Shown here: piece by piece, positions 11,966 to 26,200 of the stretch | How positions within the stretch are numbered: position 1 is the stretch's first letter | How the letters are laid out: each line of letters begins with the position of its first letter | Source of the DNA: Octopus vulgaris | Lineage: Eukaryota | NCBI GenBank assembly: GCA_951406725.2 | Contig: OX597821.1 | Location: 98,518,001 to 98,582,000, forward strand | Length of the DNA stretch: 64,000 nucleotides | Direction: 5' to 3' | Program-made: the position numbers and the translations under genes | Notes under the pieces: model-generated | What the model was told of the DNA's origin: nothing | The model's input: only the letters and a program-made list of their open reading frames with translations | Databases searched by the model: none

Positions 11966-12861
11966 ATCAAATGTATAGTGGGTATCAAATGTATATTCTT
12001 CCTGAATAAGAACATCAGTCTATCACAGGTGGCAACATACCCAGATGATCTGGTGCCACTTGACCAGAGATCCTGCTGGATGGAAGTAACATGGAACTAC
12101 AAGAGATAGTAGTTTGATATGATAGTAAGGATTCATTAGCACCACACACCTCCTCCTCTTCCTCCTCCCCCGCCTCTTCCTCACTATCATCACCATCACC
12201 ATCACCATCATCGTCATCATCATCATCATAATTGTGGCCACTGCTGCCGAAAAAGAATGGTAAGATTAATGGAGTCCTAAATATGGTATGTGTGCAACAG
12301 CTTTCATCATAGGTGTCTTGGATAGGGCTGTCCTGAGAGTTAAACAAGTTTCATCATCATCATCATCGTTGTCATTGTCATTGTTATCATCATCATCATC
12401 ATCATCATCATCAGCCGTAGCAATAGCAACAACAATAATTGTATTGACTATATGAAGTTGGTAGTCAAAGTGTGTCCCATTTTTATCTCTGTGCAGGATT
12501 TAAACTCGAAGTTGCTTAACCCCGAGTTAACCCAATCAAGCAGGTTAAAGGCATTCTATCCATGACTATTTTGCCTTTTTGCATATCCAGAACAGCACTG
12601 ATCTGGATATATATATTCCTCATTTAAAAAAATTTTTTTTTTGAAGATAGTAGGATGTGAATTGAGAGAGATTTTGGTACTATTTCTAGAAGTCTGAGCA
12701 ACTGACAAGAGGCCCATTCAGGACATTTGAACATGTATCAGAGAAGAATGGAAGTACTGAATGACGCAAGGTATTTAGCATTGGCATTACAGTTTCTGGT
12801 AAAACTCACAGATCATCATCATCACCACCATCATCATCATCATCATCATCATCACCACCAC

Positions 12862-12897
<36 letters not shown>

Positions 12898-13134
12898 TAC
12901 CATCAATATTTTAACACCCATTTCTCCAAGAGATGAACAAATCTACTATAGAAGATATCTCATTTTTGAATCGCTTCTTTGTGTAGAAAATTCACCAGTT
13001 TTGATAAGCTGATAACACTATAGAAAAGAGAATTTAGAAAAAAACATGGTGAACTGCTTTTTCATCACACCCTCTCTACACATCATCATCATCGTCATAT
13101 ATATCTATTTACATATATGCGTGTGTGTGTGTGT

Positions 13135-13245
13135 GACCAGCGCCAGAACAACATCAATTTCTTCGTCTGCCGTAAGGCATTATTTTTCTCACACGCCAGC
13201 TAATTTGAATTGTCTAAAGTCGAAAGACGCCCATTGTCTTTGTCC

Positions 13246-13285
<40 letters not shown>

Positions 13286-13580
13286 GTTTTTTTTTTTTGT
13301 ATTTATATTCGTATTACTTTTTGTTTTTTGTATTTATTTTCGTGTAACATCGTCCGTTTTTCTGTCCTTGTTTCGTATACATTCGATCCTTTTTCCAAGA
13401 AATCTAATGCTCGTAGCTTAGTTTTTCCTTGGGGCTGGCCAGATTGGAGCAATCTCAAGATTAATCAGCCGAAATTGCGAGGTGATCTGGTTCTTGACTG
13501 AAGATTAGCGGCTTCGAATGACCCGTCCGTTTTCGTATCGTCTATTTGAATGTTTTGCGTTCTTGTCCCATTTTATATAT
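13135..13580 (+). mobile_element. Unclassified microsatellite-embedded repeat (family F); also at 46785-46915(-) and as the fold-back at 53585-54295
   Basis: Shared 'agcttagtttttccttggggctggccagattggagcaatctcaag...aatcagccgaaattgcga...ttcttgtcccatttt'. Confidence 0.7.
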
Positions 13581-13587
13581 TTTTTAT

Positions 13588-13623
<36 letters not shown>

Positions 13624-14578
13624 CTTTCTATCTATCTATCTATCTCTCTCTATATATATGTACCTATGTGTGTGTGTTTTTGTGTTTTTACTTTTGTCCT
13701 CCATCATTGCTTTACAACCAGTGTTGGTTTGTTTACGTCATTGTAACTGATCAGAAGATGATAGACTAAGGACCAGGTTTGAAAATACTGCCCCAGCATG
13801 CCCAGAGTAGCTGTGTGGTAAGTAGCTTGCTTACCAACCTCCTCATGGTTCTGGGTTCAGTCCCACTATGTGGCACCTTGGGCACACCTTCTACTATAGC
13901 CTCAGGCCAATCAAAGCCTTGTGAGTGGATTTGGTAGATGGAAACTGAAAGAAGTTGCCGTATATATTTATATATATGTGTATGTGTGTGTGTGTGTGTA
14001 TATATATATATCTATCTATATATATATAGATATATGTGTGTGTGTGTGTGTGTATGTTTGTGTGTCTGTGTTTATTGCCCCACTCACATGCACCATTGCT
14101 TGACAACCGATGTTGGTGTGTTTACATCACTGTAACCTAGTGGTTTGGCAAAAGAGACTGATAGAATAAGTACTAGGCTTACAAAGAATTAATCCTGGGG
14201 TTGATTTGTTTAACTAAAGGTGGTGTTCCAGCATGGCCGCAGTCAAATGACTGAACCAAATAATAGAATAAAAGAAAGCTTTTATACAAATGGAGAGGAG
14301 GAGGGGGGTGAAAGAGAAAAGAGGAGGGGAGGGAGGAGATGAGAGAGAGAGAGGGAGAGGGAGGAAAATAGGGTGGACAGAAATGAAAGCAGAAAGGGAG
14401 AATATATATTTTTGTGGAGATGGTCAGTGATGGACAGGTAACTAAAAACATTTCAAGATGTCAATTTTATTTTTTAAAGTAATGGGGAAAAAAAAGACAG
14501 GAAGAAGCACAAGAGGGAAAGAGAAAGAAATATGTGTGTGTGTGTGTATGTGTGTGGTGTGTGTGTGCGTATGTTTAT

Positions 14579-14625
<47 letters not shown>

Positions 14626-14744
14626 TGTGTATGTGTGTGTGTTTGTGTGTGTGTATGTGTGTGTTTGTGTGTATGTATGTGTGTGTGTGTGTGTGTGTGC
14701 GTGTATGTGTGTGTGTATGTGTATGTGTGTGTATGTATGTGTGT

Positions 14745-14784
<40 letters not shown>

Positions 14785-15690
14785 CCTTGTCCTGACATCA
14801 AACAGTGGGTAACCCCATGACATAAGTATCCTTCATTTCTAATTTTCTGTGGAAGCATGTCCAGCCATGGGGAAACATACTTGGAAATAGACGAGGATTA
14901 GTGACAGAAAGAGCATCCAGCCATTAGAAACTCTGCCTCAATGAATTCTGTGCGATTCATGCAAGCGGGGGAAAAGTGAACATTAAAATTCTAGTGTTGA
15001 CATATATATAGGTGTGTGCGTGTGCATGCATGCATGCGTGCATGTGTTACAAAAATGACGGTGTTGATTATTTTCTAGTTCTCTCTGTAACTATATCAAG
15101 AATGTTCCTTGTTCAATAGACTGGGGAATTATTATTACCTTGCTTGGAAACAGTTGAGGGCTGGTGTCAGGTAGGGCATCTAACTGTAGAAAACACTGCT
15201 GTAACATAATCCCATCTGACTCATGCAAGCATGGAAAAGTAGATGTTAAAAGGCTGATGCTGCTGCTGCCAATGATGAGGAGGAGGAGGAAGAGGAGGTG
15301 AATACTAATAAATTTTTGATTGTGTTTTTCCTTTCAAAATCTTTCAAATGATTTCCCCCCACTCCATCCCCAATTTTAATGTTAATAAGAAAGGTCATAG
15401 CTTCTTCACGTGCTGGTCTCGTATAAGTTAAGTGAATGTATTTACCGTGTCAAAAGTAAGTGCTTTCCTGATGGAAAAGTGAAAAATATTTTTCCTTTGC
15501 CAAAAAAATGTTGTTTTTTTTTATAGAGAATAACTGAAAGTGTCTTGAGTGTTTTATTTTTTCGATTTCAATGCCTATCATTGTGCTTGATAATAACACA
15601 AGCACAATGACTAACATAACAGAGTTTTTATTGGAATAATGTGTTCACCATGACAATTTCTGGCAACAAACTTTTTTGGTAACCATTGGT

Positions 15691-16074
15691 GGGGAAGCAC
15701 TTCGTCGGTTACGACGATGAGGGTTCCGGTTGATCCGATCAACGGAACAGCCTGCTCGTGAAATTAACGTGTAAGTGGCTGAGCACTCCACAGACACGTG
15801 TACCCTTAACGTAGTTCTCGGGGATATTCAGCGTGACACAGAGAGTGACAAGGCCGGCCTTTTGAAATACAGGTACAACAGAAACAGGAAGTAAGAGTGA
15901 GAGAAAGTTGTGGTGAAAGAGTACAGCAGGGATCACCACCATCCCTGCCGGAGCCTCGTGGAGCTTTAGATGTTTTCGCTCAATAAACATTCACAACGCC
16001 CGGTCTGGGAATCGAAACCGCGATCATACGACCGCGAGTCTGCTGCCCTAACCACTGGGCCATTGTGCCTCCAC
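15691..16074 (-). mobile_element. tRNA-derived SINE (head A plus tail X, octopus OR1-like), full length
   Basis: Head ggaggcacaatggcccagtggttaggg...ggtttcgattccc; TSD taaccattggt at 15680-15690 and 16075-16085. Confidence 0.9.
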
Positions 16075-17548
16075 TAACCATTGGTATAATCTGGGTCTTC
16101 ACAAAGCTTTACAACTTTGCCATAACCAGGACAAAGTCATATGTGAGGAAAAATGGCCAAAACTTTGCAGAAAATTATGTGTCCTGTATATTGGTTGTTA
16201 ACTGTTCTAATTCTGGTTGTATACTGTCAACATAATGTGACAGTCCCGTATGGGAATTACACCACCGCTGTTTAGCCCTAGGAAGCATCGATGCTTCCTG
16301 TCGGCTTTGACACATTTCCTATGTTCTTATATTTGTGAAAGGGAGGCAATTCTCTTCTGTTAATATTCAATATACCTGATTAGTTATCAGCCATATTTTG
16401 CTCATTTTAGGAATTTAGTTCAAACATTTACTGAACCCATGTTAAATAATAACTTCATATTGGATGCTTTACATGTAGCTGGCATCCTACTGTTTGTTAA
16501 TATCATTCATTAATAGTTTCATTTTGTGGGAAAAAAAACTTTCATTTATTGACTCCCAAATCATCTAATTTGACAAACTTACTCTTGCACAGTGTCCTGA
16601 AAACAAAGGAGCACTAAGATGTTTTATGATCAATAATTTTTGGTTCATCAGCATCATCATCATATGTTAACATGGCTTGGATGATTTCACTACATTCAAA
16701 GAGTTGGGGGATCACATCATCCTCCAATATCTCATTTTGATATGGTTTCTATGGTTGGATGTCCTTCCTAACACCAGCTGCTTTACAGAGTACTACTGTG
16801 TGCATTTTATTGAGGCATCAGCATTAGAGAGGCTGCCTTGCTGTCAGTAAGACCAAAGAGCCTTTCAAGCCTTGCAGTTCCACTTTTCAAAGTGATCACC
16901 AATGTGAGGCCTGTTTTTTTTTTTTTTTTTTGGTAACAGTAGTTTTTGCTTTCCTTTTGGTGATGTCATGAAATGGTTGCAAATGAACATTACTATAATA
17001 CAAAGAATGTTGCCTGTTTCTAGTTTTGGCTGTGGGGTAAAATGACCTTGCTTAGAAACAGGGGAAAATTGGTGACAGGAAGGGTAGCTGGCTGTAAAAA
17101 GTTTGCATCAGAGAATTCAGTTTGAGTCATACAAGCATGGAAAAGTGAACATTTAAATGATTATGATTCATTTTTCAAAATAATAAATACAGAACTACAA
17201 TGATTCCCATTAAAAAGTTGACCTTCAACATTGTACTTATTTCCTGAGCAATGCCAGGTTTTCTAGTTCTTATCTTTTATCTTTTACATGTTTCAGTCAT
17301 AAGACTGTGGCCATGCTGGGGCACCACTTTGAAGAATTTTAGTCAAATGAATCAACCCTGCTACTTATTCTTTTTCAGCCTGGTACTTACTTATTTTCTT
17401 GTTGTTTTTTTTATGCTGATCCGCTAAGTTATGGGGGACATAAACACACCAACACTGGTCATCAAGTGATGGTGGAGGACAAACACAGGCACAAAAGCAC
17501 ACATACACACACACATACATATGTATATATATGTATATATATATATAT

Positions 17549-17852
17549 ATCACGTGACCGACCAGGCTATCAGATGTTGCGCTACACATCGCTGGTCACA
17601 ATGCGCTTCGCATTGTTTTAGCCTTCAAATGACGCCACCCCGCTGGCTAAGCAGGCAGGCCAACAGAAGAAAGAGTGAGATGAAGTTGTGGCTAAAGAGT
17701 ACAGCAGGGATCGCCACCACCCCCTGCCGGAGCCTCGTGGAGCTTTAGGTGTTTTCGCTCGATAAACACTCACAACGCCCGGTCTGGGAATCGAAACCGC
17801 AATCCTACGACCGCGAGTCCACTGCCCTAAACACTGAGCCATTGCGCCTCCA
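17549..17852 (-). mobile_element. SINE with head A but a different 3' half (tail Y), nested in the microsatellite of a CORE-type SINE
   Basis: Matches 15890-16074 from about 17670 upward, then diverges. Confidence 0.75.
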
Positions 17853-17865
17853 CTGGGCCATTGCA

Positions 17866-17943
<78 letters not shown>

Positions 17944-18263
17944 CACACATACACACATATATATACACACGAGGGGCTTCTTTTAGTTTCCATTAACCAA
18001 ATCCACTCACAAGACTTCAGTCAGGCCACAGTTGTAGAAGACACTTGCCCAAATTGTCATACAGTGTGTTTGGGAAGCAGACTTCTTACCACACAGTCAC
18101 TACTGCACCTACAGTTAAGAGTATAACTTCAATTCATTAAAATTTCTTGGTTTGCTACAAGAGCTATATTAGTGTCTTTATACAGCAGCCATCTCTGGGT
18201 ATTCCCCCAATGTCACTTTGTGTTCCCTAGTCATCTAAGATCTGCTGTAACAATTAGATGAGG

Positions 18264-18304
18264 CTTTGCTGATGAAGCCTAAAAAGGCTGGAACGCGTCC
18301 AGAG
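18264..18304 (+). ncRNA. Minimal type I hammerhead motif (family G) with one core mutation (GGAA for GAAA)
   Basis: ctttg CTGATGA agcct-aaaa-aggct GGA AC-gc-GT C cagag; self-complementary ACGCGT stem III, GUC site. Confidence 0.72.
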
Positions 18305-19896
18305 TTGTCACAGAGTTGATAAAGATCAAATTCATTCCCATTGCATTGCCTATCTAATTAGCTTTAATTAATTAAAATTTCTGGGTTGTCTTCCCTACTT
18401 TTTCTAACCATAATTAGTCAGCTAGGTTAAAGAACACTGTCTTCACTAAAGATGTAATGGTAACTAATTCAAATTTTTTTTTCTTCTTACATCATGTATA
18501 CTATAGCATGTTCTGTAAAGTATTTTCCCGCAGTTCTTTCTTAGTATAATAACATTGTGCTCTTAGCGGTGAAGACGATATGTCCTTGGGATGTACAGTA
18601 CACTAGCTGTTAAAAGATAGCATAGAAAGGTACAACTAACTTGAAATGGATACCGTGTAGAGAGGCCGGTATGGTTAGATGTAGATAGGTACCATGTAGA
18701 AGTACATTCCACCTACTTGCAAATAGAGACTATCTGGAGTAGTAATAAATTCTTTGACAGAGAGTTGTCATTGTTGTTTGTATACAAGTAAAACACGGAA
18801 GTAAAATCTGGCAAGTACAGTCCTCTTAACTGAAATTATATACTATAATTGTACATAAATTAATTTCTGTTCGTGTTTTTTGGTTTGTTCAAATAAACAT
18901 AATAATTTATTCTCTAGGGAGCGTTGATAATCAAAATGTTAAACACCCAGAGAATATGATTGAAAGAAACTCGTTCCATTGACAGTTGGAAGTCACCAGC
19001 CGCTTACTTGATTTATGCTGGTAATACCGTCAGAAAACACATGTGTCACACGTCAATTACAATTTCGCTTAAAAGAATGAAAGTAGACATATACAATATC
19101 TTGTCAAACGACACACGAATCCCGATTCGATATTTCACCTCCGCTGGGAAAAGCATAAACGACACATCTTCTCATGAATCGTTTCCCTTAAAAGAAAGAA
19201 ACTTAGATATGTATTTATATAGTGCCCTTCCAAAAAGCAATACAAAAAAAAAAACAACTTAAATTAAATTAGAAAATCAGCCCTAAAAAAATCAGTATTG
19301 TATTATCTTCATCAGGAAGATTGTGTGGAATTTAAAGAATGTATAGCGTATTTCAATTGAACACCGGTTCGTCTGCCTTGTGCTGTCTGACCTTGCTTAG
19401 AGCTTACCTTTGGGGATCGAGTTCACGTCACTGTCGTTTCCAATACACTGCTGGGATCCCGTTACAGAAGCCGTCAATGTAGAAAAAAAAGAAACACACA
19501 TGTACACGAAAATACGTACTGCTATACATACATGCATATAGATATTTATATACACACAGGCAGACCATATATACAAACATGTACAGTAGTGAAGAAGATT
19601 GACATATAGAGAAAAAGAAAGGAGAAAAAAAAAAGCCAGCAGATAATAACGAAGGTGATGTAAGTACAAAAGGTATTGTAAAGTAGATGTCGTGTTTGAA
19701 TGGATGAAGCTTTGGTCGGGGGTTAAGTGACTAATTGGATTACTTGGAAAGTATTGTGAATAGGAAGCTGGAAGTGCGGTAGTCGGAATGCATGGAATCA
19801 GTGACTATGATTCATCTCCCCCGCTTAGAAATGTAGTAACTCAGTCGTAAGATACTCATGATCTGATCATGCCTATTAGACTGAGACTTCGCTGAT

Positions 19897-19942
<46 letters not shown>

Positions 19943-19988
19943 TACATACATATATATATGCATATACATATATATATATATATGTATA

Positions 19989-20034
<46 letters not shown>

Positions 20035-20160
20035 TACATACATATATATATGCATATACATATATATATATACATATATATATATATGTATATATATATA
20101 TGTATATGCATATATATATATGTATGTATGTGTATGTGTGTATATATATATATGTATGTA

Positions 20161-20198
<38 letters not shown>

Positions 20199-21072
20199 GT
20201 TTGTTGTGGTGGTGTATCGTGTGGATAAGTGAATACAATTTAAATGAATGAATTTTTTTTTATATGTATAAATGTTTCTAAATGACGGAGAGAATTGTTC
20301 TTTTTTTAAACACGGAAAAAGAGCATCCAATAGACCGGGAATATCCCATGTAGCTGACATGATACCAGTGCGAAGGATTAAAATCTTACCAAACATACAC
20401 TCATAGGTTCCACACACACACAGTGGAACGAGTAAGGATCTGACGCCTTAAAGCATAAATTTATAATATATACTCTTGAAGTATGAAAATATTGGAACCA
20501 TTCCAAGAACTACACTTTACACATGTGTACTGTTAACCGCTTTTATTCCACTCCACTATATGCAGCATACTCCTTTATTCTTACACCCCCCCCACACACA
20601 CGCATACACACACACATACATACATACATACATACATGTGTGTGTGTGTGTGTTTCAAACGAAGAGAACTGTTGTAGAGTATTTTACTCAGCTGATATAT
20701 ATATATTATGCCGCTACTCGGCAACATTACAGGAAAGTACTTGTCGTCTGACACATGGAGTACTTGTGAAACTCCGACTAGCAGCCGAATGTATGTATGT
20801 ATGTATAGCTACTCTTCACTCCCACACACTCTATATATATTGTTCTGCTAACACACTTCCACCTACACATTACACAACATACCTAGTTATACTACTTCAC
20901 ACCTCTATTACACACGCATGCGCGCACGCACTCACACCCACACACCCACACCCTACTACAGTTCTTTGCCCTAAACATTCTGAGAGTAAAGAATATATTG
21001 CAATTAGCTTATTCCTGATATGTATTTTATGTATCATGTATATATATATATGAGCTGTGTCTCTGTGTGCAT

Positions 21073-21545
21073 ATACATACATTCATACATACATACATCC
21101 ATCCATCCATCCATCCATCATACATACATACATACATACATCATACATACATACATACATTCATACATACATGCATACATACATACATACATGCATGCAT
21201 ACATACATACATACATACATACATCATACATACATACATCATACATACATACATACATACATACATCATACATACATACATCATACATACATACATACAT
21301 CCATCATACATACATTCATACATACATACATCATACATACATACATTCATACATACATACATGCATGCATACATACATACATACATGCATACATACATAC
21401 ATACATACATACATACATACATACATACATAATCATACATACATACATACATACATACATACATACATACATACATACATACATACATCATACATACATA
21501 CATACATCATACATACATACATACATACATACATTCATACATACG
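21073..21545. repeat. (CATA)n tetranucleotide array; opposite-sense (TATG)n at about 21937-22075
   Basis: Directly visible. Confidence 0.97.
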
Positions 21546-22825
21546 TTTGTGTGTGTGTAGATGTTACATAACGTTTGCAGGTAGTTCCTGGTCTATAATA
21601 TTTTTTACAGTTTTATATCAATAATCTAAATCGATTCATCGATCTATCTATATAGATTTGCGGAAAACTCCAATGTGATCGCTCGATCCTGCTAGGAAAA
21701 ACAAATTGCAAAATGTCACCGAAATCAAATTTTACATCTTTTAAGAGGGGGTAAAAAAAAAAAAGGCATGTTGCATAATACTGTTCAAGATACACTAATT
21801 GTGAAAAAAAGTGTGGATGGTCACGTCTGGAAACCCTATGGACATAAGTCTACTCGTTCAGGTCCCGGGCTAAACATCAACATTGCACTATACCGTACCA
21901 CATATCACACGAGTTCATTACAAACTCACTCACACATGTATGTATGTATGTATGTATGTATGTATGTATGTATGTATGTATGTATGTATGTATGTATGTA
22001 TGTATGTATGTATGTATGTATGTATGTATGTATGTATGTATGTATGTATGTATGTATGTATGTATGTATGTATGTCTGTCTGTCTGTATGTATTAATTTA
22101 TGTATGTATGTATCAGTCCGTCGGTCTGTCTATCTATCTATCTATCTATCTATTTATTTATTACAGAATGACTGATTACAGGTTTTGTTCCAGCTGACTA
22201 CTTTTGATTAATTTCAGTTAATATATCTGCTGTTTTTTATGTTTATAACACACACACACTCACACATACACACACACATTCGGCTTAAGCTGCTTATAAA
22301 AAATCACAGCAAATGTTATCAAGTGGTTGTTTAAACAAAATTTGTAGGTTCCAGGCATTCTGCGGGGTATTGTTAAAATCTTCTACTTAATTTTAGTGGC
22401 TAACCAGAGTGATTTCATCTGTGTGTGTGTGTGTCTGTGTTTCATAGAAACCGCTAACAACAACAGCGGCGGCAGTATCAAATATGCCGATAAAATATGC
22501 TTTCAACACAAGAGGTTTCCTCTCATTGAAGCCGGTCGAAAGCGTAAATTTATGACTAACCACATGGCTGAATCGGCAGGGCACCATGCAAAATTGTATT
22601 GTAATCTATAGTGACGTTTTTGACGTAATGTTGTGTGTTCAAAATCAAGGCGATGTATGCTATGTATTTTACGGACAATCTAACAAGTCGATAAAATAGA
22701 CATGTTGATCACTTAGAATAAACTACATCAATTTTCTTAAATTAACGGCATTATGCTTTATTATATTTTGGTATGTATTTTTATATTCTGAGTTCAAATC
22801 GTCCTGAGGTAGGAGTCGATAAAAG

Positions 22826-23252
22826 GGCGATCTTTCGTCTCTAGTAGACCTTTCCGTCGATTTCCGTAAAAAAATTTTTTTTTTTCACATATAGGCTTGC
22901 GGGAACTTTTGAAGTAATATACATACATATACACATACACCGAGTAAAAAATTTCAGTTATCTCTTTCTTTCACACATTACTCTGTCTCTTCACACACAC
23001 TAACAGAAGCACTTCACTTACACGACATACTGTCTGTCTCCCACACCCCATCAAACACACACACACACACACACACATGTACATCAATGCTCCCATGCAC
23101 GGTAACTTCAAAAGAACTTCCCTCGTCATACAATCGCTTTCTCTTAGTCTCTTTCGCTCTCATTACTTCAAAAGTTCCCGCAAGCCCATATGTAAAAAAA
23201 AAAAATTTTTACGGAAATCGACGGAAAGGTCTACTAGAGACGAAAGATCGCC
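22826..23252. mobile_element. MITE with ~92-bp TIRs and 8-bp TSD, Merlin-like
   Basis: TIR ggcgatctttcgtctctagtagacctttccgtcgatttccgtaaaa...ttttgaagtaat and its reverse complement; TSD gataaaag at 22818-22825 and 23253-23260; GG...CC termini. Confidence 0.85.
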
Positions 23253-26200
23253 GATAAAAGTACTAGTGATTGTATTATTGTTATTCTCTATTGCCCTACG
23301 TAATCGTCAGAGCAGTGAAGAGTATTTGACATTTAAGCGAAGTTTGTTATCAGTTATATAGGACAGTGTGTAGCAGATTATTAACAGGAAACTTTCGGCT
23401 TTATAAATAAGGCAAAGAAAAAACAAAAACACGCATAAAATGCAATCGTTGTTGTTTAGCCATAGGAGATTGACCTCGACTGACTAGAAGCCAGTTCAAA
23501 ATCATTCTAACCGTGACCATGCTGTCTTAATTATTCAATGCGTCCTCAATTATGTAGGGTAATTATGTAGGGTGTGATTTGAGGGAAATCTATTAGAGAC
23601 TTGTCGGCTTACTACAGAGATAATTCCACCAATAGTTTAAAATGTTTTTGTTTAACAAGACAGCCCTTGTCAAGAGGACCTTTGATGATTGCTCTAAGTA
23701 TGATAATCCCAACTTTTTGTATATCTGGACTACTTCATTTTCTAACGTGGACTTTATTTAAGACAGGTTTAAAGGAGGTTTGGCTGCTGTGTCTAGCAAG
23801 TCGAACTTCTTGTGTCTTATAACTTAAATTTTTTATAATCGTTCAAACTGTTTAGTAAAATAATGATAATAATAATAATAATATCTTGATATCTTGTTTA
23901 TCTTGATATGAGATCACCATGTCGCGCACATGTTGTGATGCATGTGCCTGGTGTACCCTTATCAGACGGGTAGTCATGATGGGTATATTGGGCTTCGTAT
24001 ACCCCAGTGTCACTTTGATGGCATGAACTGCTCTCTCACTCAATAATAATAATAATAACAATAATAATAATGATAATAAAGAAATCTGTGAGCCTAACTG
24101 AAGAGGTCATCATTCATCATTCATTCATCATCATTTAACGTCCGCTTTCCATGCTAGCCTGGGTTGGAGATCCTTGTTTTAAATTATGGCACAAGGCCAA
24201 GAATTTCGGAGGAAGCGTAAGTTGATTACATCAACCTTAGTGCTCAGCTGGTACTTATTTTATCCACCCCAAAAGGATGAAAGGCCAAGTGGATCTCAAT
24301 GGAATTTGAACTCAGAACTTAAAGACGGACAACAATTCTGGTGGGCCAACAATTCTGCCACATCACCGCCTTACTTAAATTTTAAATAATGAAGATAAAA
24401 TTCAAGGTTTTAAAAACAGTTGCAAAAGTAACATAAACAAGAGGATTTATAGGAGCCAGTGTGCTAGAGAATTAGTTGTCAAATCTTTTCATATCATTTC
24501 ACAACCATCTTAAATAGATAATTCACATAGGATAATGTAGTCCAAGGCTCACAATCTATGGACAGAAATAACCTGAATAGTCACATCTAGAAAGGCTTTG
24601 ATCATGTCTGCTGTCTCAGAGTCAATATAGAGCTAAATAAAGTACGACATTTATTATACACAGATGGATGAAGAAGAAAGAGAAAAAAACGAAACACAAG
24701 GCCATAAATTTGGAATGGAGAGTATATAGTCAATTAAATTGACCCCAGTTACCTGTGAGGTTTTTTTTTATTATTAACCTTCAGAATATGAAAGACAAAG
24801 GTGACCTTGGCAGAATTTGAACTCAGAACATAAAGAGCCCTAACTAAATAGAATAAGGCATTTTATCAAAGGATTTTGCTGCTAATCCACCACCCTTTTC
24901 CCTGCTATTTCTTAAAAGTTATTGGGGTTTGAGAGAGCAGACTTAATAAAAAGCCAGACAAAATTACCTTGCAGTTATAGTTTTGCCCAAGATCAGCTTT
25001 GATCAAGCAGCTCTATGATTTGAAGCATTCCACCAATGACCATCTCATCTTATTTTCAGACAATGTATCCAGGACTACATTATATAGTCTTCATCATCAT
25101 CATCATCATCGTTTAACGTCCGTTTTCCGTGCTAGCATGGATTGGACAGTTCGACCGGGGTCTGGGAAGCTAGGAGGCTGCACCAGGCTCCAGTCTTATC
25201 TGGCAGTGTTTCTACAGCTGGATGCCCTTCCTAACGCCAACCACTCCGTGAGTGTAGTGGGTGCTTTTACGTGCCACCGGCACAGGTACCAGGGGAGTCT
25301 GGCAGCGGCCACGATCAGTTGGTGCTTTTTATGTGCCACCGGCACAGAAGCCAGTCAAGGCGGTGCTGGCATCGGCCACGTTCGGATGGTGCTTTTTACG
25401 TGCCACCGGCACAGGTATCACAACTGCTATTTCCATTGATATTTATTTCGATGTTCATGTAATTGACGCAATAGGTCTCCTCAAGCACAGCGGGTTGTTC
25501 TGAAATCCAAGGTACTTTGAATAGGCTGGGGCTATGTGGAACTGGTGTGTGTTCTATAATTTTTTTAAGATGGTGAGGTATGGTTTGGGGATGAATTTGG
25601 CTACTATTTCTTGTATGTAAACCCCCTCCACCCACCTTCATTGGCTTGCAGCATTTATTTTCCTTGCTACATGTTCAATTTAAAGCCTACCAAGGTTGAT
25701 TTTTTTTTCTCATTGTTCTGAGATTTAATAAGACAAGAATGAGTTAAGTTCTGAGCACAATATAATCACTTATACCATTCACTCTCCAATATTCATTGCC
25801 CTGTATCTGTGTTAGGAATCATTATTGATTATTAGTATTAGTTTAAATGAGTTACAGTATTTAAATCAGGGATCAAATCCTGTCAGGTTTCATTCACTAT
25901 GGTGGTCATCATTCTCATCATCATCATCGTTTAATGCCCGTTCTCCGTGCTAGCATGGGTTGGATGGTTCGACCGGGGATCTGGGAAGCCAGAAGGCTGC
26001 ACCAGGCTCCAGTCTGATCTGGCTGTGTTTCTACAGCTGGATGCCCTTCCTAACATCAACCACTCCGTGAGTGTAGTGGGTGCTTTTTACGTGCCAGGTG
26101 AGGCTGGCAGTGGCCACGATTGGATTAGTGCTAAATAACAGTTAAGTGCCAGGGACCGATATAGTCAACTGGTATTTGTTATGTGGGTGTGCTTACCAAC

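Noticed and set aside
12015-12347. Acidic 110-aa ORF (DDDD...EEEE)
   Set aside because: The acidic tract comes from (cat)n/(cct)n repeats; only 12041-12096 is kept as a weak exon candidate.
13447-13530. HHR-like fragments in family F (CTCAAGA...GAAA; CTGAAGA...GAAT)
   Set aside because: Stems II and III or the GAAA/UH geometry cannot be completed.
15990-16074. tRNA genes at SINE heads (also 780-857, 49733-49805)
   Set aside because: A/B boxes are present but they continue into SINE bodies with TSDs and lack a full cloverleaf acceptor stem.
19305-19320. CTGATGA on the minus strand (also CTGACGA near 23304-23310)
   Set aside because: No downstream stem II-GAAA; an isolated heptamer is expected by chance.
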